Assembly (NCBI RefSeq): GCF_006345805.1
Contig: NC_043014.1
Span: 31,434,001-31,498,000 of the forward strand
DNA from: Octopus sinensis
Taxonomy: Eukaryota
Length of the DNA: 64,000 bases
Direction of reading: 5' to 3'
Part shown: piece by piece, positions 27,901 through 39,560 of the stretch
Position numbering within the stretch: the stretch's first letter is position 1
Layout of the letters: each line of letters starts with the position of its first letter
Notes under the pieces: generated by a model
Seen by the model: the letters and a program-made list of their open reading frames with translations, nothing else
Database searches by the model: none
Told to the model about the DNA's origin: nothing
Program-made: the position numbers and the translations under genes

Positions 27901-28122
27901 GGGGGCGAGCTGGCAGAAATGTTAGCAAGCCGGGTGAAATGCCTAGCGGTATTTCGTCTGCTGTTACGTTCTGAGTTCAAATTCCACCGAGGTCGACTTT
28001 GCCTTTCATCCTTTCGGGGTCGATAAATTAAGTACCAGTTACGCACTGGGGTTGATGTAATCGACTTAATCCCTTTGTCTGTCCCCTCTATGTTTAGCCC
28101 CTTGTGGGCAATAAAGAAATAA
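27901..28122 (+). mobile_element. SINE family A nested in an older SINE
   Basis: Full-length copy flanked by an 18-bp duplicated target with 2 mismatches (27881-27898 and 28123-28140). Confidence 0.85.
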
Positions 28123-29699
28123 GAATCATTACTATACCAAGCAAAATGCTTAGTAGCATTTAGCCTGTTTTTACATTCTGAGTTCAAATTCTTTCAAAGT
28201 TGACTTTGCCTTTCGTCCTTCTGGAGTTGATAAAATAAGTACCAGTTAAGCATTTGGGATCAATATAATCAACCAGACCCCTCCCCACACAATTTCAGAC
28301 CTTTGAGTCTATTGTAGAAAGGATTAATATTATTGCTAGAATATGAAGAAGCAACAAACCCCTCCATGACTACATAGCAACCAACTATTTATTAATCCCA
28401 TAATAGTTTGAGTGAAACACTGTGGCTTATTATACATGTATACACACACACACAAAGGTCTGCATGTGCTTATTGTTTGTAACACCAACCAACCAACGGT
28501 TATCCATTTGTGAGTGATAGTAGTAGTAGTAGGAAGAGGAGGAGGAATACTTTAACAGCTGGCAAAATATGCAACATGGTAAACTGAAGTTTTTACACAC
28601 ACACACACACACACAAAGCAAACTGTCTGTAATATCCGATATTAATGGATTGAGTTAAAGAATCCAGATATGTGTGCGCGCATATATATATATTTACATA
28701 CACACACTTAATTCAAAGCGTAAAAAAAGGGCAACCAGCTGTACGAAATATACCTTACATACAACATTTGAATGCAGAGTATATTTAATGTAATTATTAA
28801 TGAAATTAACGTGTTAGTAGCAACGTCTCCTCAGGGGTAAATATAATATCTAACCCTGCAGTAAGTCGGGGAACTTCAAAAAGGTTGGTACTGCAGTAGG
28901 GCTGTTTTATTCGAAATAAAAGTATGCGTTAGTGTGTGTTTCTCTATAAGTTTAAACAATAAATAAACAGGTGTATATCCACAGACCACAAAGATCTAAG
29001 ATGACCGTAGAATGGTCGATTAGATGAAACGAAGTGGGTGTCGGGTTTTATGGGGAGAGAGCAGAGAAACCACCTTTAGCTTAGTTGATGTTTAGTCTCA
29101 GGCCAGCCGCATGACCAAGTGTTACAAATATAGCCATCCTATCTTTCAAATATATATGACTAAGGTGGTGAATGTGTTCTTCCTCTTTTAAAAAGGCAGG
29201 GATTTAACAGTTATTTCTAGCAGGCCGGCCAGAACAAACATGCAGACACAATCTCTTAAGGTTGTCCTTTAACAATTAAGTTAACAGTGAAGGAGCAGGC
29301 CTATAGTGAAAGCGTCCCAATTATGACCATCCAGTAACTTGTATATCTCGGATTGCAATGTGTCCTTCCCGTTTTCAGAAGTTTAAAAGGTGTGATTTGA
29401 GAACTAATTTTTGTTAGCTATTTCTGGCAAGTCGAGCGAGCACGTTAAACGGTTGGGTGACCACTGAAAGAAGGACTATTATTATTATTTGGTTGTTTAA
29501 TTCTAATAGATTAAAGAGCAGACATCGTTGTTGCTGCTATTGGTGGTGTTGGAAAATATTAGAAAACACGATACAAAGCAAGAAAATAAAACTTAGGAGA
29601 ATTTATCGATTTAAAAAGAAAGAAAAAAAAGAAGGTAATAAAATATTTTCTCTCAATAAAACAGAAAATCCACCGGAGACGAACGGTAGAAATGACGGT

Positions 29700-29777
29700 T
29701 AGTTTTACGAGTAACAACCTGGCGGAATTAATCCACGACTAGAAGATACACGCGGAAGTTATCTACATATATATATA

Positions 29778-29815
<38 letters not shown>

Positions 29816-30140
29816 ACACACCGTTGTACATGTGTTGCTAAATCTGTTTATTTTCTAAAGATTGTATTGAAATGTGCCGTTGTTGTTATTCTGTCGTTTA
29901 CATTGCACATATCTTTATATAGACGGTCTCTCTCTTAGATGGGGTGGCTTTCCAACCGATCCATAAGGTCCGGGGTACCGGTAAATTTCTGAACGAGGCG
30001 GGGTGTAGGGTGGGGAGAGGGAAGACCCCACCCTCTCCCAGGTGGGGCCCGAAGACAACCGCGTTCCGCCTTGCAAAATTTCTCTTCGTGGCTCTGATTT
30101 ATTTACACACCCTCGCACGCGCGTTTAAACAAAGCGTGTA
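29700..30140. promoter_or_regulatory. GC/CpG-rich promoter-like island
   Basis: Non-repeat sequence with many CpGs, an ETS-like GCGGAAGT near 29752 and a G-tract cluster at 30000-30048, in an otherwise AT-rich window. Direction and TSS not determinable. Confidence 0.4.
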
Positions 30141-30867
30141 TATATCTGGATTGAAGTAGTTTGTTGATTTAGCCCTAGGTCAGTATTTACTCATCACAGC
30201 ACATTTACAATCAAAGGTGTTCCGATCAGGATCATCCCACCGCACACATACATCCATCGAATTCTTCCTTTATTTAGACAGTAGGGGTGATTTGAGTTGC
30301 TATTTCTAGCAGGCCGCACGACTACATAAAACCTCATAGTGTCAGTGTTTCTTTTTGTGATTAACAACTCGTGTTAAAATCATTGTTGGTTCACACACAA
30401 ACAAAATAAAACTATTGATGAAAAACTCAAACACGGAGAAAGTAAAAAAAAAACACCTGCGTAAGTAGGCTCTCTCAAACACAGATGTTCAGTTATAAGA
30501 AATGGAGAAGTCTTTGAGGAAGAGAGACAGGTTGGCCCCAAAACTGCCTAACGGAATGGAGAGAGAAGGGACACAGCTATGTGGAACTAGTTACGGGTTT
30601 GTTCCATGTGAACACACAAGAGTAAACAAGAGAGACAGAGAAAGGCAGAAACAAGGAAAATGCCACTTATATTTGAACACTATACAAATATTCTTTCAAA
30701 AGAAACTTTTCTTTTAATTTTTCTAAATTTAATTATTTAATTGTTACAGTTGAAAAGGTCTCAAATGTACTGAAATGTTCTTTATAAAATCAATTTAGCA
30801 TTTTCTATCTTGACTTGTTTTTTTCAGGGTTGAATTTGCAACCCCTATCTCAATTTGTGTGTGTATA

Positions 30868-30900
<33 letters not shown>

Positions 30901-31392
30901 TATATATATGTGTGTGTGTGCATCCAAGTTTGTGTATATGTGAAGGAGAGGGGTTATGATCGTGTCCGTGAATAACCAAAAGATAGCCTATCTATCTATC
31001 TATCTATCTCAGGTGATCAAAGTTCCATGTAATACAAATGCAAGCATACGCACATCCAGGAACAACGAAAGGGAATATTATACTTGAAAGAAAGTACACT
31101 CCAAGAGTGCAATTCGAAAATTACCATAATTTTTTTACCTGTAGACAAACAAACAAAACGATAAGCGAAACCTTTGTTTGGTTATAGTTTTTGTTTACAT
31201 ATCAACGTGTGCGTATATGCAGAGAACTGGAGAGAAATGTTATATATGTATGTATGTATGTATATGTGTGTGGATGTTAATGACTAAGAGATTTGTTGCT
31301 TAAAAATGAAACGGCTGTATAAACAAAAATATACACGGTAGCTGATCATCATACACACTTCTCATACAAATAAATAAATAAATGAAAAATAC

Positions 31393-31446
31393 CTGATCAA
31401 CAAGCGTAGAAAACTTCATCTCCCAATGTTGTCCATCAACGTACAT
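31393..31446 (-). CDS. candidate first coding exon MYVDGQHWEMKFSTLVDQ
   Basis: ATG at 31446, 18 open codons, CAG|GTATTT donor at 31393/31392, upstream in-frame stop, preceded by UTR-like unique sequence (about 31.5-32.3 kb). No family recognised. Confidence 0.35.
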
Positions 31447-32179
31447 AGAACCACCGGCTTGTTTTGTGTGTTTCCAATGGAATATATATCAACAACAAAG
31501 ACTGTTGCTGATAACGATAACGATGATTTTTTTAACGATGTTGAAAACGAGCTTGATAATCCTTTCCAAATTGTGATGAGTATAGAAACTTATAAGCGCA
31601 TATATATATATGGTGTTTATATATGTACACAGAATATACAATTTATATATAAATAAAAATCGTTTCCTTGAAAATATATACACACTGGTCGGGGTATATA
31701 TATATAAACCCAATTAAGAGCTGTTTAAATCTTTTTTTTTTTAGATCTATATATCCGGTTATTAATTAATTCAATTAAAAGATGATTGCTATAGAGGAGA
31801 AATATTGATAGAATAGTGAAGAACAGGAGAGGAGGACAGGCAAGGAGAGAAAGAAAGAATGAAAAAAAGAGAGAAAGAATGGATCCGAAATGTGTAAAAA
31901 AAAGTATTTGGGGAGCTGGAATTAGTTTTAGCTGATAAGGCTTTCAGGCGAGAGGTATCGGTAGTAAAAGTTGATTTAGTGATAGTAGTAAAACGATAAT
32001 AATACTACCACGATGAGAACAATAACAATTGCTGTAATAGCTTCTCACAGAGAAGCATGTCGTTATTTTATCGTTGTTGTTGTTGTTGTTGTTACGTTTG
32101 CTGGGGGTTTTTTTTTTTCGTTTTCTTCCGCCGGTAAATAGTTGTGAACATTCGGCAACGATACAAGCACGATAATAAG

Positions 32180-33420
32180 TCCCAGCAACAGCGGCGGAGT
32201 GTTAGATGTAGAGCAGAGAGGGGAGGAGTGACAAGAAAATGAAGAAATGTGAGAGAGGTAGGGGAGAAGGAAAAATGTGTGTCTGTGTGTGTGTGTATGC
32301 CAGTGGGGGGGAGGGGGCAATAGAGTCATTCACCCTTTCTTTCTTTCTGTGGTGATTTCAGGGAGAAAGACAAAGAAAAGGAGAGAGATCAAAGATATAA
32401 AAAGACAGGTAAGTATGGAGGAAGAGGAGGAGTAAGCGGAGAGAGAGAGAGAGAGATGGTATGAAAAGAGATCTTAGTTAGAAGGGAAGAAAAAAAGAGA
32501 GAAGGAAGAGATAAAAGCAGGTATATAAAGTAATAGAAGAGTGACTGCCTGATTGACTGACAGTAGAGGAGGGGCGAGTAGGAGGGAATGACAGATGATA
32601 GAGGGACAACGTGGGGAGGGGGTACAGTTGGTACAAAGAGACAACTACGGAACAAACCCAAGACCACACAGGTGGTAGGAGGACGAAGGGGGGGAAAGGT
32701 GCTCCTCCAGCCTATTACTATCACTGGTGCATATATACACACACGCGCGCGCGCACAGAGGGGGATGTAGCGACAGTGAGCGGGAGGGGTGAAGTAGGGG
32801 TAGGGTTTTGTAAATTTTATTTCGATTCAAAAATGACTTAAATTAATAAAAAGACATACAAACACGCACATACACAAACTGTAAAAGAGGGAGAGAGAGA
32901 GAGAGAGAGAGGAAAGAGCGCATGAAGAGAAGGAATGACGAATCGATGAAAGATGAAAGGAATTATAGAATTATTATATAGAGAACATTGTAAAAGAAAA
33001 GGAATAAATAAACGAAAATAAAAGAGAAAAGGCGTGATTTAAAAAGAAGGGGGAGGAAGAGAGAGATGATGATGATGATAATGGGAGTGGAATGGTCAAG
33101 AGAGTAAGACTGGAGTTGGAGGGAAGAAGGTAGAAAGGAAGGGTCAAAGAAGAATAGAAGTAGAAGCAGAGAGATATAACAAAGAGATAGTTGAGGGGTA
33201 GGAAGGAACAGTAAAAAAGGGAGGAGCTAAGTAAAGTCACCATTTGTTACCCCCTCTCTTTCTCTTTCTCACTCTATTTCACTGCACAGTCCCACCACCA
33301 CCACCACAGAAAGAGGAGGAGCAGTCCTTCTCCTCCTCCTCCTCCTCTTACCCCCTTTGACAAGACTGCATGCACCCTCCCCAACCAGTCTCCCTCCTAC
33401 TTTCTCTTTACTAAACAGTT
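32180..33420. repeat. purine/pyrimidine-asymmetric (GA-rich) low-complexity tract
   Basis: Long runs of GAG/AGA/GGA on the plus strand. Confidence 0.85.
32362..32408 (+). other. candidate 47-nt plus-strand exon
   Basis: CCCTTTCTTTCTTTCTGTGGTGATTTCAG acceptor and CAG|GTAAGT donor; one open frame EKDKEKERDQRYKKT. Confidence 0.3.
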
Positions 33421-34167
33421 ATCAGTTTTATTATCATCATTTGAAAAGAAGCAATTGGAAGCGAATGTGAAAATAAAAACCAGCAGCACGTGAGAGTTTA
33501 TATTTATGCAAGTGTGTATGTGTGTGCGTGCATGTGCAAATATATATATATATGTATGTATATATAGAGTCACTTTACAGTCTCTCCGTATTTACAACTG
33601 CATTATATACAGATTATATTTACATGTCTACATAAATCTGAAAGTAATAAAGTATACGATCGCTTAAATGCGCAAATGCTCGGGGTGTCCAATTAAAAGA
33701 AAGACGAAGTGCATTAAAAATTCATAAATAAAAAAGTTCATAATTCATATATAAACATTTTAATTTCTTCTATTTAAAAACAAATATACTTTATTTTGAA
33801 TTTATAATTTTTCCATTATAAAAAAAAACTGTATAATAATAATAATAATAGTAATATTAGTTCACAACGTAAAAAGTAAAAAAAGAAAGGAAAATAAGTA
33901 TATAAATAAAAATAAATGCTAACATTTCACCAAAAATCTGGACATCACAAACACACGTGTGTGTGTGTGTGAATGTATGTACGAGTGTACACGCACACAC
34001 ATACATACAAAACTTCAACCTCAATTTATACCAGTGAGAATTGAACAGATGTGTGATCATGCTTTTTCAAGGGTATTTGCAACAAATACACATGTATGCG
34101 CGCGAGAATGTGTGCGTGCGTGTGTGTGTGTGTGTATGCATCCGTGAATGTTTGTATGTATGCGCAG

Positions 34168-34314
34168 ACGTAGATATGTGGCAAGAAGTTTCCTTACGAA
34201 CCACATGGTCCCGGGTTCGGCCCACAGCGTGCCACCTTCGACAAGTGTTTTTTTACTATAGTCTCAGATCGATTCGGTAGACGGAAACTGAAAGAAGCCC
34301 TACGTGTGAGCGCA

Positions 34315-34360
<46 letters not shown>

Positions 34361-34570
34361 CATACATAGCGTGTGCGTGTGTGTGCGTGTTTGTCCCCCA
34401 CCACCCCTTGACAACCAGTGTTAGTGTGTTTACGTCCCCGTAACCAAGCGGTTCAGCAAATGAAACGGATAGACTAAGTACCAAGAGGTCCATTCAGTCG
34501 ACTAAAATTTCTCCAAGACGGTGCCCCAGCATGGCCGCAGTCTAATGACTAAAATAAGTGAAAGATAAAA
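34168..34570 (+). mobile_element. SINE family B
   Basis: CCACATGGTCCCGGGTTCGGCCC head and GTGCCCCAGCATGGCCGCAGTCTAATGACT tail. Confidence 0.8.
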
Positions 34571-35204
34571 GCTGCACACGCACACACACACGGAAAAGTC
34601 AAGAAAGCGAACAGTGTTCATGTGGTATTATGTCCGCGTGCAGGATCAAGCTTAGACGATCGGAAAGAGCTATTGTTGTTGTTGTGAACGGAACACACAC
34701 ACACACATACATCCATCCATCCATCCATACATATACACACACACACGTGTGTGTGCAGACACAGAGACCAACGTTCCGCTTGTATGCATGTATATATCGT
34801 TGAACCCCACAACAGGGTCATCTGTGCGGCAAGAAAACAAAGCGGTCCCGGAATTAGGTAATTAAACTATCAATTAGCGAAACTGATTGGCTGCCGTGAG
34901 TGTGCGGAGGAGAGAGAGAGAGGAAGAGTGGTGAGCTTTCTTTTTGTTATTTTTAAGGAAAGTCAAGCGACTCGACTATATACACGGAGTTTACAGACAC
35001 AGAAACATGCCTGTACACTACAGAAGCATGTCTACACGTGCGCGCGCGCATTTACTTTCACTTTTAACCTTATAATAGATTCAGTCACTGGACTGCAATG
35101 ATACTGGAGCACCACAGACTTGAAGGAGTTTTAGCCGTTAATGTGGTCCTAAGTAACATATTTCATCGTTATTTATGGAATAAAGATTAAAAAATGCAAC
35201 TGGA

Positions 35205-35795
35205 GGAGTGGCTGTGTGGTAAGTAGCTTGCTAACCAGCCACATGGTTCCGTGTTCAGTCCCGGCGAACTGGCAGAAATGTTAGCATGTCGGGCGAAATG
35301 CGTAGCCGTATTTCGTCTGTCGTTACGTTCTGAATTCAAATTCCGCCGAGGTTGACTTTGCTTTTTATCCTTTCGGGGTCGATTAAATAAGTACCAGCTA
35401 CGCACTGGGGTCGATACAATCGACTTAATCCGTTTGTCCTTGTTTGTCCTCTCTGTGTTTAGCCCTTTGTGGGTAGTAAAGAAATAGGTTCCGTGTTCAG
35501 TCCCACTGCGTGGCATCTTGGGTAAGTGTCTTCTGCTATAGCCCCGGGCCGACCAATGCCTTGTGAGTGGATTTGGGAGACGGAAACTGAAAGAAGCCTG
35601 TCGTATATATGTATATGTATGTGTTTGTCCCCCTAGCATTGCTTGACAACCGATGCTGGTGTGGTTAGCGGTTCGGCAAAAGAGACCGATAGAATAAGTA
35701 CTGGGCTTACAAAGAATAAGTCCCGGGGTCGATTTGCTCGACCAAAGGCGGTGCTCCAGCATGGCCGCAGTCAAATGACTGAAACATGTAAATGA
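35205..35795 (+). mobile_element. SINE family B interrupted by a family A copy (35263-35486)
   Basis: Perfect 18-bp target-site duplication GGTTCCGTGTTCAGTCCC at 35245-35262 and 35487-35504. Confidence 0.92.
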
Positions 35796-35847
35796 GAAAG
35801 AGAAAGAGAGAACTCTAGATGGAGGTAAGCGCGCGCGCACAGAGAGT

Positions 35848-36077
35848 GAGGGAGGTGGTGACGGACAGAGCATGTCCTCTCTTCTTTGTCTCCGGCCGGG
35901 ATCACACACACATACACACACACAAAGGCCGAGGGAGGTGGTGGCGGAGAGAGTGTGTCCTCTTGTCTTTGTCGCCGGATACACACACACACAAAGCTGA
36001 GAGATGAGGAGGAAGCATGGGGAGCAAATACTTGTGCCTTCTGTCTCCGGACATAGGCGTACACATACACAACAGCT
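35848..36077 (+). repeat. three degenerate tandem units of about 70-80 bp
   Basis: GAGGGAGGTGGTG(A/G)CGGA...TGTCCTCT...TTTGTC(T/G)CCGG...(CA)n...AAAG repeated from 35848, 35931 and about 35999. Confidence 0.65.
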
Positions 36078-36900
36078 GAAGGAAAGACTCCAAACATCGA
36101 GTACCAAAATAATAAAAATTTTCTGCAATAGGCCTAAGGTAATACATTGGTATGTGTGTGACTAGATCGCCTATTTAACTGGTACGACATTATGCAATTC
36201 AGCTGAGCCGGATAACGATATCCTAAATAATATTTGAAAGAGAACTGGATTGTCTTAGCTGGAATATGTTTATTAATTAATCTGTTTGGCCTGGAGGTTT
36301 AATAGCAACGAGAAGTGGGACTTTATTTTGTCGACCTCGGGAGGATGAAAGACAAAAAAAAAAAAAAAAAACGACCGGATATGAATTCAACTGTAATAAA
36401 AAGGTCGTAAACGATTACCTGAAGGCAATCTATCTACCGTGTGTTACAGATTCAGCGGCCACAGACATTATCATTACTGTAATAGCAATCTGAAACATTG
36501 TTTTATGAACGGAGACATGTTTGGCCACCGTCTTATAATGGATAGAGTAGTCAGCTCCTCACTCACTCCCCTTTGTAACAACAGAAACAGATACGAGACA
36601 TTACGCACACAAATACACACAATTAGTCCGAAGAAATCCGTTGAAATCCTAGATTTAGACATTTAGGATCAGAAGGGGTTTACAAAGTCAACTAGCTGTT
36701 GTTATACATCATTTCCATATACAGCAGATTTGGTTGAAAGCTAAGCTTGTCTGTCTTTCCATTTTCTTTACTACTTTTGTAACGCAAAAGTTATGTTCCT
36801 CTACCTGTAAAGTCGTAACAGAACATGCACGGCTTAACGTTAAATTGGTCAACAAAGTTTCTAAGCAGTTGAACCCCACGTACTGGAACTTGAATATGTA

Positions 36901-37278
36901 TACTCTTTATTCTTTTACTTGTTTCCGTCATTTGACTGTGGCCATGCTCGAGCACCGCCTTTAGTCGAGCAAATCGACCCCAGGACTTATTTTTTGTAAG
37001 CCTAGTACTTATTCTATCGGTCTCTTTTTGTCGAACCGCTAAGTTACGGGGACGTAAACACACCAGCATCGGTTGTCAAGCGATGTTGGGGGGACAAATA
37101 CAGACACACAAACATATACACACATACATACATATATACGACGGGATCTTTCAGTTTCTGTCTACCAAATCCACTCATAAGGCTATAGTAGAAGACACTT
37201 GCCCAAGATGCCACGCAGTGAGACTGAACTTGGAACCACGTGGTTAGTAAGCAAGCTACTTACCATACAGCCACTCAT
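36901..37278 (-). mobile_element. SINE family B, full length
   Basis: Reverse complement matches 57068-57449 end to end. Confidence 0.9.
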
Positions 37279-37319
37279 TGTATACACAAGAGTCATGAAT
37301 ATACATCACTACCCGTTCA

Positions 37320-37700
37320 TTAAATGACAGATTCATTTTGAGAAGTCTCTAGTGAGGACTTGAGAATCCACATATAACAGACGAAAATCATGTAAATTTA
37401 ACTAGAGTTTTTAGTATGGTGCGGCTTATCGTTAAAAAAAAAGGTTAATTAGGCCATCCTTTTTTGACGGTAACTGCTGCAACAGTCTGTCATGCTTAAA
37501 CGTTCAAGAGAACTTTGAAGATGTGGCATTTTACTTTCAACAAGATGGGACACCCTACACTAACACAGTAATGTGATTGCCGATCTTGAGATTTTGTCAA
37601 ACAGGTGGATTGGATGAAAAGGTACACTGCCTTCACTGGACCTCACATCACGAGACATTTTTCATGGGGATACTTAAAAGGTAAAATTTATAGTACTATC
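37320..37700 (+). mobile_element. degraded Tc1/mariner-superfamily transposase fragment
   Basis: Frameshifted motifs in order: ENPH, VWCGL, FYFQQDGTP (37529-37555), RWIG, LDLT, WGYLKGKIY. Confidence 0.8.
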
Positions 37701-38577
37701 AGTCTGTCTATCCATCTCTCTCTCTCTCTACACACACACACACACACATACATACATATATATATGGTGAGAGAAAGAGATGGGTGGAGGGAAATATAAA
37801 AGGTACCAAACTAATCAAATCGAAAACTTCATCTAATTGGCATTTCTAAACTTCTTTTGTTGGACATCTCTTGGACGTAGAGGAGGTAAGAATACTGGAA
37901 ACAGCCAGTAGTCAGTTATAGGAAGAGAGGAAAATTATGTGCATAACGTAGGGTGACGAGTGATGACGGTAAGAGAGAATAGAGAGGAGGGACGAAAATG
38001 TTTAATCTAGTACCAAAGTAAATGGGAGTGAGAAAGGGAGAGGAAAAGGGAAATAATGGGGGGCAGGGTATGGTAACTACGATACTAAGTAGAGCAGTGG
38101 TGGGAGAAGAGCAAAGCTAAGTAGAAAGCGAGAAGAGGGGTAAATGAATTGAATATAACTGTAAGAAAGAGAGAGACAGGGAAAAGAGGAATCGAAAGAA
38201 GGAAGTAAATCCAACTGGGCGACGAAAGGGGATCTGTATATAAGCTTAGTGTGGTACAAGAGATTGGAGTGAGAAAGGCTGGATGAAGTACCACGGGAGA
38301 CAGGTAGCTGGATAGACAAACAAGTAACTAAATAAGCAAACAGGTATGTATATAATCAAGTAGTTGTGTAGACACACAGGGAGATGTGTAGAAAGACAGG
38401 TAAAGAAGTACAACTCAACGTCAGGTGTACGTTTCGGCCTATTTGTAAATTCAAACGCGTGTGTGCGCGCCCCCACCCCCGCGAGCACATGTGCAAAACA
38501 AGGTGGATAAACAATAGTACTCGAATACCAAAGGTAGAGTGAAATACAGTTAACCACTACACCATATGCCCGTGAGC

Positions 38578-38650
38578 ATATATGGCGTAGTGGTTAAGAG
38601 CGTGGGCTACAAACCCCCAAATTCCGAGTTCGATTCCAAGCAGTAACCTG

Positions 38651-38689
<39 letters not shown>

Positions 38690-38832
38690 CAACAACAACA
38701 TCGAAAAATACCTTAGGAATGAGAACTCAGGTTCGAAAATTTCCCAAGACACCTGATGAAGGCTGAAACGTTGTGTTAACAACAAACAAGATGAGGACAA
38801 ATATCCGTCCTCATATATATGTAAATAATGTA
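38578..38832 (+). mobile_element. tRNA-headed short element with (AAT)n spacer and hammerhead-like core
   Basis: A box TGGCGTAGTGG, B box GAGTTCGATTCC, (AAT)n/(AAC)n, then GACAC-CTGATGA-AGGCT-GAAAC-GTT-GTGTT (38748-38777) and an 8-bp hairpin ATGAGGAC/GTCCTCAT (38791-38814). Confidence 0.65.
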
Positions 38833-38872
38833 GAGTGAAATAGTTTTCTATTGAAGCTAAAAAGACTTTACA

Positions 38873-38914
38873 AACTGTTACTCAGAGTTTCATGTAATCA
38901 ATCATCAGGCTGTT
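38873..38914 (-). ncRNA. degenerate minimal hammerhead ribozyme-like motif
   Basis: Minus strand AACAGC-CTGATGA-TTGATTACAT-GAA-ACTC-T-GAGT-A-ACAGTT. Core CUGAUGA/GAAA and a GUA site are intact; stem I has 4 of 6 pairs; stem II is weak. Confidence 0.5.
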
Positions 38915-38930
38915 GTGAGTATTTGATACT

Positions 38931-39560
38931 AAGAAGTCCGCTAGTGAACGTGATCTGGGTATTATTGTAAACAACGATCTGCGTTGGACAAACCACACAT
39001 CTAAGATTGTCAAAAAGGCTGGGGGTGTTCTAGCATTACCTAGTAAGACCTTTGTCAGCTGCTTTCCAGCAATCTATTTAAAACTGTATATGTCAATGAT
39101 ACGTCCACATTTAGATTTTGCATCTCCAGTCTGGAACCCCTATCTTGCTCAGCATATAAATCTCTTGGAAACTGTTCAGAAACGTGCAACAAAACGAATA
39201 CCCGCCGTCAGGCATCTACCATACTCTGAATGTCTTGCTTCCTTGGGCATGGACGCATTAAAGCTCAGACGTCTGGCAATTGACTTGGTAGACACCAACC
39301 ATCTTTCCAACAACAACCTTGGGCACCTTTTTGAATTCCATGTCAGACACTCGTGGACATGCTTACAAAATCAAAAGAACAACACAGCACCCATGACTTT
39401 CGGAAACATTTTTTTCAAACTCAGAATTGTTGAAGCATGGAATAAACTACTCCTATCAGTCGTTAGCTGTCGAGACACTACATCCTTCAAAACTCCCAGA
39501 CTTCCTGAAATCCGTCAACAGTACACTTGGTGGCTTTGTTTTTCTTGAGCACTGTTATAC
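38931..39560 (+). mobile_element. CR1-clade LINE, 3' part of ORF2
   Basis: Open frame from 38931: SERDLGIIVNNDLRW...LYMSMIRPHLDFASPVWNPYL...LETVQKRATKRIP, later FFKLRIVEAWNKL. Confidence 0.92.

Noticed and set aside
31393-31446. Assignment to kindlin, talin or RASSF N-termini
   Set aside because: Only 3-4 residue similarities; insufficient for a gene symbol.
35187-36128. Longest ORF in the track (313 aa, minus strand)
   Set aside because: Antisense read-through of nested SINEs and CA-containing tandem units; the same peptide pieces recur at other SINE copies.
38415-38450. GGCCGAAACGUAC...CUGACGU on the minus strand
   Set aside because: The core is not CUGANGA and there is no room for stem I.
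38578-38655. Functional tRNA gene
   Set aside because: A and B boxes are present but the acceptor and T stems do not pair; treated as a SINE head.
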